This document shows positions 10,150 through 24,609 of a stretch of DNA of 64,000 nucleotides, in pieces; position 1 is the stretch's first letter, and each line of letters starts with the position of its first letter. The notes under the pieces were generated by a model. The model saw nothing but the letters and a program-made list of their open reading frames with translations, made no database searches and was not told the origin of the DNA. Origin of the DNA: Schizochytrium sp. TIO01 (taxonomy: Eukaryota > Protista > Bigyra: Labyrinthulomycetes); assembly GCA_004764695.1 (NCBI GenBank), contig SMSO01000031.1, positions 8,042,761 through 8,106,760 on the forward strand. The letters are read 5' to 3'. Position numbers and translations under genes: made by a program.

Positions 10150-11430
10150 GTAAGGCGAGGATATCATGAATTATAGAGTATATTATAGAATACATGTGAT
10201 GGGAGTGTATCTCGAGGGAGACTTTGAATGGAAACTAGCCCAACAAATTGATTCGCATATGAGGCTCTAGATTTGCAGTAGGATTTTCAGCATTATTGAT
10301 TTTGGAGAATTTGCTTTACCTCTCCAGGCCGAACCTGGAGATAACCCAATACATGAAATGACCTCTAAGTTAGCTCGAGTAAATGATGAAACGAACAATT
10401 CGATATTGGTTCTTTTCTAGCTCATTTGCTGGAGACTCCAATAGTGCAAACGTAGATATGAAAAGAGCCATTGATGTGATTATGGAGTGGAGCAGCGCTA
10501 CAAATGCCTCAAGAAAGTGGGCTCGTGACAAGTATTTTGAATATGACATTGTATAGACGGAAGAAGTCGGCACGGACAAAAAATAACAGGAAAGCCTACC
10601 TAAAGCGGTGCAAGTTATTTTCAACCGCTAGTGTACATCTCTTTTCTAGCAGATACATTAACTTTGTAAAATATTGTGCAGAGTTCCGGGATATAAATTT
10701 AAAGGATGGTTTGGACAAGAAATGGCCAGAGTCCATGGCACGCTATCGGAAATCCCAATTTTAAAGGAATACTATAAGATAACCACTAGACAATCAGATA
10801 TGTAGGTTTGAAGCCAAGAGACTCAAAGGTTGTTAGTGCACTGCACGCTAAGAAAAATATTAATGGGTAAAACTTAAATCGAAGGTTTATGCATCTTACA
10901 GATCAGGTATGCCCTACAAATATTAATATTAGTCACTCCACGTTGGGGTTGGTCTTCGAATTCATCGTATCACTGAGATCTCTAACAGACTAAATTTACA
11001 ATATCTTCTTGAGTCTTCTTTGGGCCTTTTAAGGACCTTGCGCTCATCTACCCAGTCAACCTCTAGCTGACCAAGACTCAGGTTTCAGCACAGAAGAAGA
11101 AATAAAATTGCTCCTCGCCCCATAGAGAAAGAATTATTGATAATGATGAAATTCTGCCCCTGCAACATCAGATGCAGCGTACTGCCTTACTAAATGAATA
11201 CGTCTCATCATCCAAAAGCTTGATAAACCCAAAGATAGAGACAGCAGCGCGGCAACCTTTCGTCGATCCCCAATGGAAGTCATGGTGATCTGTTGAAGGA
11301 CAAAATTAGTCAGCTAGAGGTTGACTATGAAAGGTAAGAAACTTGATAAGGACTTAGGAAGGCTTGATAAACTTAGGCTTTTAAAAGTTAGCGATCTGCC
11401 ACCCTTGGAGTCCAAGGTAGAATGATTTTT
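10150..11430 (+). pseudogene. Decayed coding relic, unknown family
   Basis: Protein-like segments broken by stops and frameshifts, e.g. IFSIIDFGEFALPLQAEPGDNPIHEMTSKLARV; DMKRAIDVIMEWSSATNASRKWARDKYFEYDIV*TEEVG; GDLLKDKISQLEVDYER. Confidence 0.3.
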
Positions 11431-14400
11431 GGTACAACTAGAAGAATAAGACGTGTTTGATCTAAGCTAGATATAGTGGACGAGTTTCAGTGAACTTTAT
11501 CTTCAGCTATCAATCCAGAATTAACCATACTGGTTCTAGCGAATACATTTGTACACGTATTGGTTCATGTCTTCACAACTTAGTCCTATTCAATGTAAGC
11601 CCTTGAGGTCTTAGCATGGAATACTACAATTCTGGCAATAATTTGTCTATTAGTTATTCGATTAGAGATCTCAGAATGACTTAATTGAGTTTGTTGTACT
11701 TGTTCAATTCAGAAGAAACCCACGTTGACGTTCTTTGCTGCGGCCACGAAAAGGTGGGGTATAAGGTCAATTTCTTGAAAAGGGAATTAGTATTGCTCAG
11801 GAACCCACTGATCTCATTTGATTAGATCTAACAGAGGTATGCGTATTCTCAGCAAATGAAACCATGTAGCAACAGCAACAATATTGTTTGCGGCACCAAG
11901 TTAGATTTCCCTGTGGGCTAAAATTCCTTACTCAAGTCATGAAGCTCAGTTTTTATAGTCTCAGACTGTAAATCTAGTAGGTTTGACTCCAGGACGTTTC
12001 CACCTTTTTAGGTCTTTATCAGGTAGACACTGTGTATATCATGAAAAGGTACATTAAGAAATTATCAGCAACAAAAAAGGTCTGCAAATGATGCAAACCG
12101 CCGTTCGTTCTTTCTAAAAACTGGAGTTTGCAGCTTTTAGATAAACATGTCTCGGGGCGAATATCAACATTTGCATTTAGCCGTATAGATACAATCTGAT
12201 ATATATCAGTTGCCTCACACACAACCTAACGGGTTGGTCGAATAGTGGTTAGAGTGTCTACGTGCGACTTGAAAAGACTAATTGCTGGACGCAAATGAAA
12301 GTTCTCTTTGGGAGTAACTTCTATACAGAAGGAATTGAATGATTTGCGTTCCCTCGAGGCAACGCCCACTCCCGACAAACTTATCTCAGCATCCTGGATA
12401 GCATATTAGTCTACAGAAACAAGTGTAATAATATTTGTGGTCACAGTTCACTGGTTTGCAGTGCCTGATCAAGCTGATGATTGCTTCTAATTTTGTAGTT
12501 TTGACCTATTCTATTTTCGTGAATTAGTAACTCATTTAAATGCCTGAAAGTTTCAGGTTTGTGCCTGGAACACGAACCTAACCTGCACACGGGTTACCAA
12601 AATAAACATAGTGTTACTCTATGAATTTAAATTTAGTCTTTTCAACTGTGCGGATACTTTGTCGCATTTATAACCAAAGTTGAACGTCGAATGGGTTCAA
12701 GAATGGTTCTAATTGTCAAAGGCGAATTGCATTGCATCATCATTCTATTCTTCTAGATTTCTCGGTTTCTTTTAAAGTCTGGAAATCAAACATGGCATAG
12801 CAAGCACAAGAATACTTATTTAGATTAAAACCACGACATCCAGCCTAGCCTTCCAAGCAGTCAGGACAATACAAGATTCAATTTGGGACGCTGAGACTGG
12901 GGATTACATTTCAACGTTTGGCTGCGGCCCAGGCACAATACAAACTGTGAGACCCATTTAATCGGACCATTCATCTATGTTTAAAATTGTGTGCGCACGC
13001 TACGAAGTAGCGACAAATAAAAAAGTCGCGATCCAAGCAACATTCTTGTTTACCTCAGCAGACTATTGACGAGAAAAGGAGTACTTACCATCCATGAGTG
13101 CTGGTTCATGGCAATGTCTACCATCCTGCACACTTACTCCATTTCTGCCTCAACGGCACGCGTTTTCGCGGACCCTTGCGAATGTCAAGCGAGTAAGCAG
13201 CCAGAGTTGGCAAACATGCACCCTGCGAGCTTTTCCAATCTGATGATTTAATAATTCTCAAGAAATCATAATTTAGACACGTGCCCACGTAACCAAGCTA
13301 GCCTTCTGCTATGAGCAAGCCCACATGCTGGTTTTGGTGCGCGTGCTCAAGCCCATGGCTAGCCCATTATGGAGATGATCATGGCTGTCGTGCACCAATG
13401 CCAGCTGATCCATCGTCGCTCAGATGAAAGGAATATCACCCAATGAGACAAAGTCTCTTTGTGGTGTCTGCTATATTCAGTGCCACAGCCAGTACTTCCT
13501 AACTCCTAGATCGCTTTAGCCTGGCTCAAACGTCTTCAGGTTTGCAACCTGAATTTATCAAGTGCCTAAGGTCTGAACCACTATTTTGTTAAATTCTAGC
13601 GCGTTCGAACTCAGATCTCAACTCCACGCACTGTCTAAGCATCGAACGCGAAACATGCGTGCTTAAGACAACAAACAATCAACTCGAGATCAGGGGACCT
13701 ACTCGAGGACGGAGCCACAATTCTGCACACGCCATCTCCAGCTCAATCTATCCCAAACCGGACAAGAACTTCTTCTAAAGCGTGGCCGATGACACGAATG
13801 ACGTGCTTGATCTTTAAACTTGTACTCTGAGTACCCCATCCTCGAGAGTGCACTGCCGTCCCTTTGAGAGCCTATGTACCTGCCTATCTATTACATGAGA
13901 AATTGGGCTCACTCGAAACCTTCTTTGCACACTATTCTCAAACTAAGAGCGCCCTTTTATTATATATCAACATCGTGGCATGCTCGGAGGTTACACAAAT
14001 GAAAACGAGGCGTTCGGAAAACCGGCCGAGTCGTGCTCTTGAAATCTCGTCTCCAGATCGTAGAGAGCACGTACTTACCTTCCCGCTCTCGCTCACTCGC
14101 AGCTCGAAGTTCTTGCTGCGAGTTCTCCTGCTCGGTTCCAAAGTCAACAGCTCTTAAAGGCTTGCGCACCTTTGTTGGGCTTGGGCAACATCTCGAGTAC
14201 TTTATCAACGTTGGCTTGGACCTGAATACTTCATGGCGGACGGTAGCGCCGAGAGTGGCTTCAGCCGTCGTCAAATCGTCGATCGTCGTCAGTGATGATG
14301 GCGACGATGGTGGTGTACACGTACGTAACTGAGGTGGCGGAAACTATGTATTCGTCTACGAGAGTATACACGTCGATCAAGATCCCTCGCTCGCCACAGT

Positions 14401-17400
14401 TTGTTTAGCGCAGAAGCTTTACATCTTACGCAGTCTGTGCATACATACATACAGACAGACAGCACTACCATCCACGGACACGCATCTTGAAAGCGACCTC
14501 CAAACTGGACTTGGGCTTCGAGAGCGCCTCCTCAAGTCAAGTTGACAACTGATCGATGGCACGAGGCACCTGAACTTGACAGCTTGCCAAGCCGTCGCTA
14601 ATCTCTGCTCCGTTGGCCTTTCTTGCGCATTGATCTGAGATTATCATCGTGAACCATTCCTTAAGATCACTGTGCATCACAGCAAATGGAGCTTAACATA
14701 AACAAATGTGGTGTGGACCGCATTACAAGAACCGGCATTCTATTAAAAACCAGTTACCCACGCACCTGCGTACGAGTAGAGGTACGCTTGTCCAAAGAGC
14801 ACACGCAGTGAGTGAGTGAGTGAGTGAGTGCGTGGTGTCCTTTACGGAGTGGCCATTCGTGCCACCTCACTCAGTGTCAATGTCAAGAACTTGGACTCTG
14901 CTCTCGCTTTTGAAGGTACTTTTCGAGGGCTGTGTCAAAGAGATTGGAAAGAAGGCCGAGGAGGCGCCCGCGCTAGAGAAAACTCTACACACGCCTAGCG
15001 CCTCGACCTGAAGGGAATGAATGAATGAATGAAAACTTCCATCCATGAAAGTTTTGTTTTCCTTCTTTTTGAGTTCGATAAAAGAAATCTTAGCTCAAGT
15101 AACCTTAAGCGTCGAATTACATTTGAAAGTTACTTCACTAATATCAATATTAATGTTATTTAATAATTCTAATTTTTTTCAACATTCAAAAAAAAGAAAA
15201 AGTACATATACAGTTTATTTTCAACTTTTCATTTAAGAAGAAGAAGAAAAAAAGGAAGATTTTCAACAGAGACTGAAAGAAAGAAATACAAACATTTCAC
15301 TTAAAATAAAAATCAAAGTTTGGAAACACACATGTGTGAGTGGATAACTTCGCCTTCTTCAGGTTTTGCAGAAAAAAAGAAACCAATACCACCTTTTGAG
15401 ACCGCTATCAGCTGCGTATGTTCCAACCTCAGCGCGTGCGGTGCTTACAGATGAAGGGTCATATTGCAGAGCAATTTCTAGAGTCTGTGAAAGATGGACA
15501 ACGTTGCCACACTTTCTGTTGAGGTCCTACGATCTCTCCTTTGGAATGTATGAAGCACATGAAAAAACTTCAAGTTAGCTGATGGTCATTTGCCACGATC
15601 AGAGGTTGAAGACTATGTGTATATCACGATAAAGATTACCTATCGTTCTTGGGCAGATGTTTACTGCTTCAACAAATTTTGAAGAACTTGGATAATGTCA
15701 TTTCCCATCCTCTAGTGCAAAAGAAAACTTGCTACGTGTTGCTTGTAAGTACCAGCCAGGCTACTAACACATATAGTTTCTACACCAAGAATATGCTAAT
15801 TTTATATCTCAGACCCTGATTTATCACGACTATGGTGTAGTAGATACACAAATGTTTATTCAACAATTCTTTAAAGAAAGTTGTTGAGATTAATATAAGG
15901 AATAAACAAACTGAACAAGCATTTCCAATTAATCTTAAATATCAGGCGATTTACAAAATGCTCTATTTTATTTTAAAAAGCCCCTGCATGCGTAGACCGA
16001 GTTAGGATATCATTGTTCTTTAAGAATAATTACGTATGAAATGATCATTCATTTTCGACAACTAAGCTTCATATCACGATACTTGGATTAAATCGTCACA
16101 TATTTGCCTATTGGGGACCTAGGACACGCAATACATTCAAGAAAAGTAAGAAATTTTCCCTCCTAGCGAGGAGTCAAATGTATCGTCACGTTTTCGCCAG
16201 ACTTAAGAAACAACCGATATACTTACATCTCGGCCGAATGACAGTTTCTTTCTTTGTAAAGAACTCCGGAAAGGAATCGCGCTAGCCGAGCAGTATCTCC
16301 ATTGCATTTGCTATATACAAGTTCGCTCGCTAAGAGAAACAGTTGGGAAAACGTGATAAAGCACTCGCATTTCGGCTTCAAGCATTCTACATCTTGGATA
16401 GGGTTACTCCTTTTTCCAATTTTATTTGTAGCGCAAATTCGAGCTGGCCTTGGAATTGAAGAAAGTAAAATGTAAAAGAATTAGGGCCAAGCTCTCGTTG
16501 ACAATAGCATAATCCTAGCGATATTATTTCTATTAGCTAGTAGGGGCGCGGCCAAAGTTTTTATTCTTACCATGGTGGTGTTGTTTCTTACCATCTCTGA
16601 ATTATCGTTTTTACAGAAGTAAAAGAAAAAAACTTGGGGCAGCCTCATTCGAGAGTAGTTCGGGTGACCTTCCTCGTTTACTTCTTTGGAAGGACTTCGC
16701 CTTTCTAAAAAGACTCCTTCGATTGAAAGTAAAAAAGCAAAATGACTCTCTACTTCCATAGTTCCATAGTAGTGGTTACTGAAAGGTCTCTTCTTCTTTG
16801 AAATTTTTGTTCCACGAGTATCCTACTACCGTTCGTCGTGCACCCGGAAAAGCGTGAGCGTCCTGCACGATTCTGAACGTATGAGGAGACGGAGTTGACA
16901 TCAATTCATGGAATACGAGAGATGGGTACCAACCACCCACCAAACTCTCGTTTCGTCCACATTTTATTTATTTTATATAACTTTGTGTGAATGTGTGTAT
17001 GCCGCGTGGCGCTCGTAAATAGTTCGAAAGTTTCTCTAATCTCATTGCTTCTGCATCCCTAGCTATCGCAAACCTGTTTCCGTTAAAAACCTCGCAAGCA
17101 TATTATTACGATGGTGCTCATTTGCTTCACATGGAAGAGCCACCGTGACAAAGGTGAAGGTCTTGTTCGCCAACTCTTTTTAAACGTGGGGCGGGTGCTT
17201 CATCTGAGTTTTCTTTTGAACCAGTCTCAGCGATAACGATACTTTTTGTTCTTCTTGTGAATTTCTTCTCAGAGCTCGCTCATAGCTTGCCATTCTTGGC
17301 GGTGTTACGTACCTTACTTACCTCAACACTTGAAAAACAGATTACGAAGACCACCGCAATGGTACAAGCATCAAGACTCGGAGGCGATGGAATTCGGAGG

Positions 17401-17877
17401 ATCTTACTTTTAACCACAAATTCTCGCATTACTACTCAATAGCATGAATTCGCATTTCTTTCAAAATGAGCTTCAGCAAGCATTTCCTTTTCTTGGAATG
17501 GACATTCAGAGATCAGTCTCATTCTTTCATTATTTACCTAGCTGGCTATCTATGCTCTCACTAGTCAGAGATAATAAGGAGATAATAAGAAGTTAAAACC
17601 TTTTAGTAACTTGGGTAAAAACTCACTTAGGCCAAAATAACCACTCATAACTCGACAGCAGTATTAGTAGTATGTGTGTTCTTTAGTAACTAGGTATAGG
17701 CACCGACTAATAGTTCCTACATCGCATGTTCCTCTTCACATGTGTTGGTAACTTCACTTGAACAAGAACAAGCAACTAAGTAGGGATGACGTTTGCAGCA
17801 TCATGGCAAAGATCTTCTCACTCGCTAAACTCAGCTAAAAGCTCGGCTGATGCTGGCATCAGATAAACCACTAGTCT

Positions 17878-17919
<42 letters not shown>
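17878..17919. repeat. (CCAG)n microsatellite
   Basis: About 10 direct copies. Confidence 0.95.
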
Positions 17920-20900
17920 TTTAGTACAGTCGCCACAGAGCTCTTTCTTACCAGAGGCATCTGCGCCACGTTGAAACCGTTTCCCCATAACCGAGCTCAG
18001 CTTTTATAAAAGACGACATTACGGCCACGCCCCTTTTACTTGTTAAGGGGTTTCATTTATTTCGTTTGCCTTCAAGTTTCATTTATTCAAAAGCTAGTGC
18101 AGCGCAACGCTTTATCCAGGTACTACAAATTCTACAAACTACAATGTAACCTATCGCTGTAGCTTCGAGTAGACTCAATCGAGCGTAAGCAAGATCAATC
18201 AGATCATAATGGGATGTGCGATGGATAAATAGCCATGCGAACTCATGGTGGTCGCATAAATGCTATGAATCACCAAGGGAGCCTTCGAATTGGACGCTAT
18301 TCTTTGTGAAACAGTGCTTGGAGGCGGATGATGTAAGGTAATGTATGATGAAGAAGGCGCCCTTCAATCTCTAGCAGTAGTTTTGACTGACAGCATGGTA
18401 TTTTGACATGCGTAACAGGAATAAGTCAGCATCGTCAACTTAGTGTGCCTCCATTCCTCAGGACTTTAGAAACGAATACGCATCCAGAATTATTTCAAGA
18501 TAGACTTGGGCATCAGGATATCATCTCTGAGTCGCATATGGTGTAGGTAATTAATTAATCCATCAGTATACACTTAGGTATCAAGCACTTGAGCTTTTCT
18601 ATATACGAATTGTTGCGAAAACTGTCATGAGCGAGTCCATGGGATTGTCTGACCTATCCATAGCATTTGGTCAAAATACTCAGTCAATTTCTTATTTGAT
18701 TTTGTAGCGATAGCTTTTACATTCTTCGAAATAACCAGGAGCGCTGCTGTCCGAAAGCAATCTCGGATCATCGGTCGAATGGCCGCAGCAAGTGTGAAGA
18801 GGCTTTCTTCTCTTTTCTTTTCTTTCTTATAAATAAATACTATTATGATATCATAATCAAAAATTCTTTACTCTCGATCATAGATGAAAACAAGACAATA
18901 AATTGTTTAGAAAGAAACCATAATCTCAGGTGTATGTATGCCTTGGATTCCTTGGGGATTTAAGGAGGCAGAGGTTTGGGGTTCAACTGTTTCCGAAACA
19001 TATCCATTTTTAATAATTGAATTGTTGACTTGATTCTGCTAGACAACTAACGTGGTGGATATGTGAGAATTCAACGGCACTCCAGTTTTCAAGTTTAAAC
19101 AACAGCTCATACAGTCACGGTGGGCAGGGCCGGCCGTTCGACTATCCACCTAAATAATCTCGGAGAAGTCGACAACCGCGCTGGAGGTTATTTTTTAATT
19201 CGATGTCGTTATCGCCATTTCTCCTGCTCTGCGGCCTACATTTATGACGCAGCTCTGAGTAGATTATCGCTTTGACTAATTTTCTCATTCATTGCAGATG
19301 TAATCCACAAGGAAAAATCGAATGTCTGCTCTGCTATGAAACTCTCCAAAGAATAATTCTCTATAATTGTATTGCCAACCAGATGCTTCAGCTAAGCATC
19401 GTCCAACTGAATCCATCAGCAGATAACCCGAAGCTTGCAATCACTTGGATTTCAACATCGTTGATATTCCCAGCTGACCTATGCTCGGCTGCGACAAATA
19501 ACAATGGCTGGCCGACTGGCTGGCTGCTCTATTATTAGATCTTCGAGTGATGCAAAGCTCGACTCGGTGGCATGGAGTCCTGGGCAAGTTGCGTGTCTTC
19601 GTCACCTCGATTTATCGATCACGGCCATTGTCGGAATCAGCGAGCAAGCGAGCCATGCGTTGAGCGCGAAACCAGCGACGATGAGAAATTGGCAAGGATG
19701 ACGAATGTACCTATATATTGTACGAAATGGAGTGAGCTTGCCATGCAAGATCACTACTAGTGAGCGCAGTAGCGGCATGCTAGTGTTGACTGGATCAAAG
19801 CGTATCGTGTTCGACGCAGAGAACAAGGCGGAAAGGCCAGCTTCGATTTTGCAAGATTGATTGAAAACTCCAAGAGCTCCAGCGTTTACCCCCAGACCAC
19901 CCCATTCCATTGCGTGACAATGACAACAGGAGTGGCCAAGGGTGGCCAACTTGGTGATCCAACTGCAATGGGTCTCCGGGAGCAAGGAGCTTTGCAAGCC
20001 AATGATGAAAACAAAAAAACAGCACTCCACCTTTCTTTTAGCTCACCTTCTATGCATGTCTAGCTGTAGCACTAGTGGTGCATTGCATTGCACTGCCAAT
20101 CACAAAACTCAAGATAACAAAAACAAACAGTTACCAAACTCACTTCGAAGTTTGAATCATCATATAGCAGAAAGAGAATTTGGATCAGAAGATGCAGACC
20201 TCGACTCGGAAAAGGCACATAACAAAGTCTTCGAAATGACTTTATCGACCGATGAGTTTAACAATGGCAATCACTGCAAATATTCTGATAACCACAAGCA
20301 GACTAGACTTGACTATTAAAAGGTGCAGCAGGAACCGCCTGACCCGATCAAAAGGCAACCTCCCATCAAAATGATGATGTACGCAACACCAAATCGCACA
20401 GCTCAATGGAAACAGGCTGCTTTTCCTCAACTCTGTCAACTACTTCACCTCAAAATCACGACAGACTATGCCACCACATGTCATAAAAGCTTAGTACAAC
20501 AAGAAAAGTCGTAATTTTCTGTTCTTCATAAAAACTTATTTTTAAAACATATATTAAATTTAAATTTAAAACATCTTTTTAAAGTGGAAGAAAAGGAGAA
20601 AAATCAAGAAACTGACTAAACATGTTTATGATTTTAAAAAAAGAGAGAGCGAAAGAAGTATGGTAGATTAGATCTGCCTCATGTCTGGTTTCAATTAGTG
20701 GCCCTCTATTGTTAATTGTAGCAGGTGCCCTTTTAAACTTTTAAAAGCTACTCAATGGGCGTCGGCAGGTGTGGCGGCATCCGTGTCACGTGTGGAGGAC
20801 GGCACAGCGTACTTAGGTACGTCTTTGCTGCTTTACATACATAGATACAGAAAGATACATACACACGAAGCCGATCATGAAATGCAGATAGCTAGGGAGA

Positions 20901-21019
20901 TCAATTATCCTGGACAGCCTGGGGACTTTGTTCGGTGCCTCAGGCTCTCGCGATAATCGAATCACGAGGCAGAGTTTATGTAGCAAGTATTCATAAATTG
21001 ACACAGTCAATTCTTTTAG

Positions 21020-21067
21020 TTGTTTGTTTGTTTATTTGTTTGTTTGTTTGTTTGTTTGTTTGTTTGT
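21020..21067. repeat. (TTTG)n microsatellite
   Basis: Read directly from the sequence. Confidence 0.9.
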
Positions 21068-21759
21068 ATTTTTGTTTACCTGTAACCCAGGCTCCGCCGG
21101 AATGTCTGTGCGTCGTTCAAAAGGACAAAAAAAACTTTCTGTTTCTTCGCTGATTGCTACTGAAAACTATAATAATGATAATTACGCAGTTCTTATTTAC
21201 CTCCAATAATTTAAACCTAATTAGTGTTCAAAGGTTTCCTTTAGGGTAGAAAGGGGTTTTTCTAGGTGGTACAATATGTGTTAGCTTGTAATAATATATA
21301 TATTATTCTTTTATTCATTATAGAATCAGAAACAATGTTTTAGCCTGAAAAAAAAATCAAGTAAGGAAGGAACTTGAGTCCATGTGTAGTTCTGTTTCAA
21401 TACAATCACAGGTGCCAGAGTCTGCTTGCTTAGAGGTTATGCGCATGCCGGAGTCATGATCATTTGTCGCATAAACGAGTCACTTGACGGAGGTGCAGTG
21501 ACACTAGCACAGAGCCACTGAGCCAAAGGTAGGGTAGCAAGAGGAGGAGCAGAATAAGTGGCTTCACATTCATCTCGCCTCACAGCTGTGGTCTCGAGAA
21601 GAAGCAGGAAGTCAATTTGGTCCGTCGTGTCCCTGAGTTTAATATAGACTCTTCGATGGGAACCCGCATTAACATTCCCACAGTGGCCTCTTTCAGAGGC
21701 GTCCTCGCGCACTCTTCGCCTTTTATTAGCAGATGAGTCTTTCCATCGCTGTGGAGGAA

Positions 21760-21760
21760 A

Positions 21761-21809
<49 letters not shown>
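21760..21809. repeat. (AAAG)n/(AG)n microsatellite
   Basis: Read directly from the sequence. Confidence 0.9.
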
Positions 21810-22454
21810 CGCTTCACCCTCCGCTTCTAATTGCATTTAAGAATAATTGTTTTTCTGAATGGAGTGCCTAAGGAGTGCCAGGCGCCTTGGATGATGACTC
21901 TGGAGACACAGAGGTATGTGACCACATCGTGGCTTTTTCAAGAAACCCCAAACACATTTAGGTGTGATATAGATGACTGACCAGCTACTTTGTACTCGAG
22001 TGAAGACCATTATCGCAATAGGCAACCTTGGCAAGTATCATGCTAGTGCAGCAACAGCAGAATATATGTAATCCATGTACCATGTTAGAGTTGAAATATC
22101 ATCATCTATTGAAACTTGACAAACATCGCATCGTAAGTGACCTCAAACAAACAGCTTGCTGTCGCACCAGTAGGTTTCTTCAAGTCACCAAGGGTTTGGA
22201 CGGGTGGACATTTCTAGCTCCCTCGACGAATATTTTATTTACGTTGCTACGGATATCTAGCCTACCTCAGTTGCGCATAATTTCACTTTGCTCAAGGTGA
22301 AAGTTGATACCAAGGGGAAGGTGCACTGTAGGCATCATAATCCTCAATTGGACATTCATCTCGACCTGGCCTCAGTGACGCCTTTTGCTGAGCGCCTGTC
22401 CTTGCAAACATTCCGAAGGTAACACACGTATGTGAAAATACAAGTATTAAACCC

Positions 22455-22832
22455 TACTTGGAATCGTTGCTTTTCAATGCAAAGGCATTTTCTAAGGAAC
22501 ACGGTGACGTACAGAACCGTTTTGGTCCCGTACCAAAACACCAGGCGAGAAAACAATTTTGTTCTTTGGTTGCTAACCTACGTACAAGTGCTTGGACCTG
22601 CATCTTTGATTGGTGTAATGAAGAAGAATAGAGAGGGCAAGTTCCGAGTTGCCTGCATTCGCCAAATCCTACTGGAGAACTGACTCAAGCTTCATTCCTG
22701 GAGACCGAAGTTGATTGACTTTGCTACGTTCTTACAGATGAAACTATGGATTATGACGTTGTTTCCGCGTTTATGTTCGTCATCATTAGTGCCGTTCTTC
22801 TCTGGCTTTATGTCCACCTTAGGGATCGCTAA
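22455..22832 (+). pseudogene. Decayed 3' end of a gene for a C-terminally membrane-anchored protein
   Basis: A single frame reads YLESLLFNAKAFSKEHG...EEE*RGQ...ETEVD*LCYVLTDETMDYDVVSAFMFVIISAVLLWLYVHLRDR*, with two internal stops and a terminal TM helix. Confidence 0.35.
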
Positions 22833-23059
22833 AAAAAAGATGCCTAAGTACCTGTTCTTTCTGTTCTTCAGGCCTATTCCCTATGCTATCATTATTTTAA
22901 AAAATATGTTTTTTTAATAAAAAAGTTTTCAAACATTTCATTTTCTTTGAGGTGGTTAACTAACTACTAAATACCACTAAAAAGAAAGAGCTTCTTGAAG
23001 AGAACGATGATTAACGGATATCCATTTCGAGTTGGTCCATTCGCAACCACAGTGGCTGT

Positions 23060-23310
23060 CAATTATCCTCTATTTGGCTTTGGTCGCAAGTTCGGCAGGC
23101 CGGCCACTGCCTCTGTCTCTTGCTCGACCGTTTCTTGCAGCAGCTTAAGTTCGTCAACAGCTGGAGGCTCAAAGCCTACAGCTGCCGACTGCTTGCTAGC
23201 TTTGGTGTCATTGACTCGCTCGTCCGACTCCTCGCTGAGATCACGCTATCACTTCCTAAGTTACCTTCTAATGTTCAAGTCTATTTTTGCCGTTCTCCTG
23301 TTCCCAGCTC
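23060..23310 (-). pseudogene. Decayed coding fragment
   Basis: Reads IRR*LRK**RDLSEESDERVNDTK...VDELKLLQETVEQETEAVA; protein-like, with in-frame stops. Confidence 0.3.
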
Positions 23311-24609
23311 ATCGCTCGCTACCGTGTAAAACCCAAGTTCTCTTGAAACATGTCATTCGTACTTCTCGCACGTTTGGTCTTTTTGCACCTCGGGCTGGCT
23401 GACAGGCAGGGAATTCGCAAAGTCTGTCGAGCAAAGTACAGCAAGTAATGGAGCTGGCAGAGGCGAGGCGAGCTTGGAGACTAGGGTTGCGAATGGGAGT
23501 GATTTGTCGATAAATGGAGAAACTAGGATTAACAGGGAATCATTGGGGCCATGGGAAAGTTATGAAGGGGTTCATGAGGACAAACAGTTAGGTAGCAACA
23601 ATCCGCAAGAGATCAATTTGACACTAAGCTGAAGATCAACTGGAGCTCTTGGCGTTGCACGAACCATGGAAATGCTTCGTTTGAGCGAGAAGCAGTGCTG
23701 CATAACAGCGAAGGTGACAAAGAAATCAACTATCTGAAGATCATAAAATCAACTTTTTAAGTTCAGTTTCCTTCTTCCCAAAAGTATTTAAAAAAGAAGG
23801 ATTTCTTTCTTCTTCTTTCTTTTCATTCTTTTTGGAAAGCAGGAAACTACCGAGTAGAGTACTAGCAGAAAGAGGCCATTAAGGGACATAGATACAACAA
23901 GATGTGGCACCGCCATCAAAACTATAGGAGTGTGAGCGTATTGCTTCTATCACCTGCGTTCCTTCCTGGCCATGTCTGGCGATAAGTAAACAAGTGAGGA
24001 AGCATGCAGGACCCTCCTGTATTTTATCTTCTTGCAGCCATTTCCTTTTTCTCTTCTCTTCTTCCCAAACTTCCTTTTCATGTAGGGAGAAGAAGAAAAA
24101 AGAAAAATTAAAAAAAGCTTTCAAAGCAAGTGCGAGAAATGGCCAAAAGGCAAACCCAGGTTGACCGTCTGCAAAACCTCTTGCACAGCTTGCCAAGGTC
24201 TGTGAAGGCCCGACGAGGGTCGGGCTCAAGTCGTCTGGTCCGCTTGCTATCGTTATCACACGCACAATCGCAACCAGGACCAGCAAGCAAGGGCACCCGT
24301 GCCAGCTGTAGCGCCGCTGCCGAGCAAACGAGAAATAGTTGCATTGAGCAGAACAGGAGGTTTGCTACTTGTGCAAAAAGAACTACTACTGCTACCACAA
24401 CAGCGGCTTCATCATTGCTGCACAAGACCAAAGTTGTGCAACAGCACGTGCCCATTCGAATAGAGCAGCCGGCCTTGCGACCGCTCGCTTCTTCAGCCAG
24501 CCCGCAACGCCCAAGGCCGTGGTCCTTCCCTTGCGCTAGCTACAGCGCTCGATAAGAGAGCATCCATCTCCTCATCCAGCGAGACCCAGAGGGGTCCGAC
24601 TCAACATAT

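Noticed and set aside
16155-16365. Imperfect inverted repeats (TCACGTTTTC / GAAAACGTGA) suggesting a MITE or structured RNA
   Set aside because: The match is short, and a second pair is in non-nested order; compatible with chance.
18330-18450. MYDEEGALQSLAVV as a MULE transposase fragment
   Set aside because: The expected downstream D-x-T catalytic motif is not recoverable.
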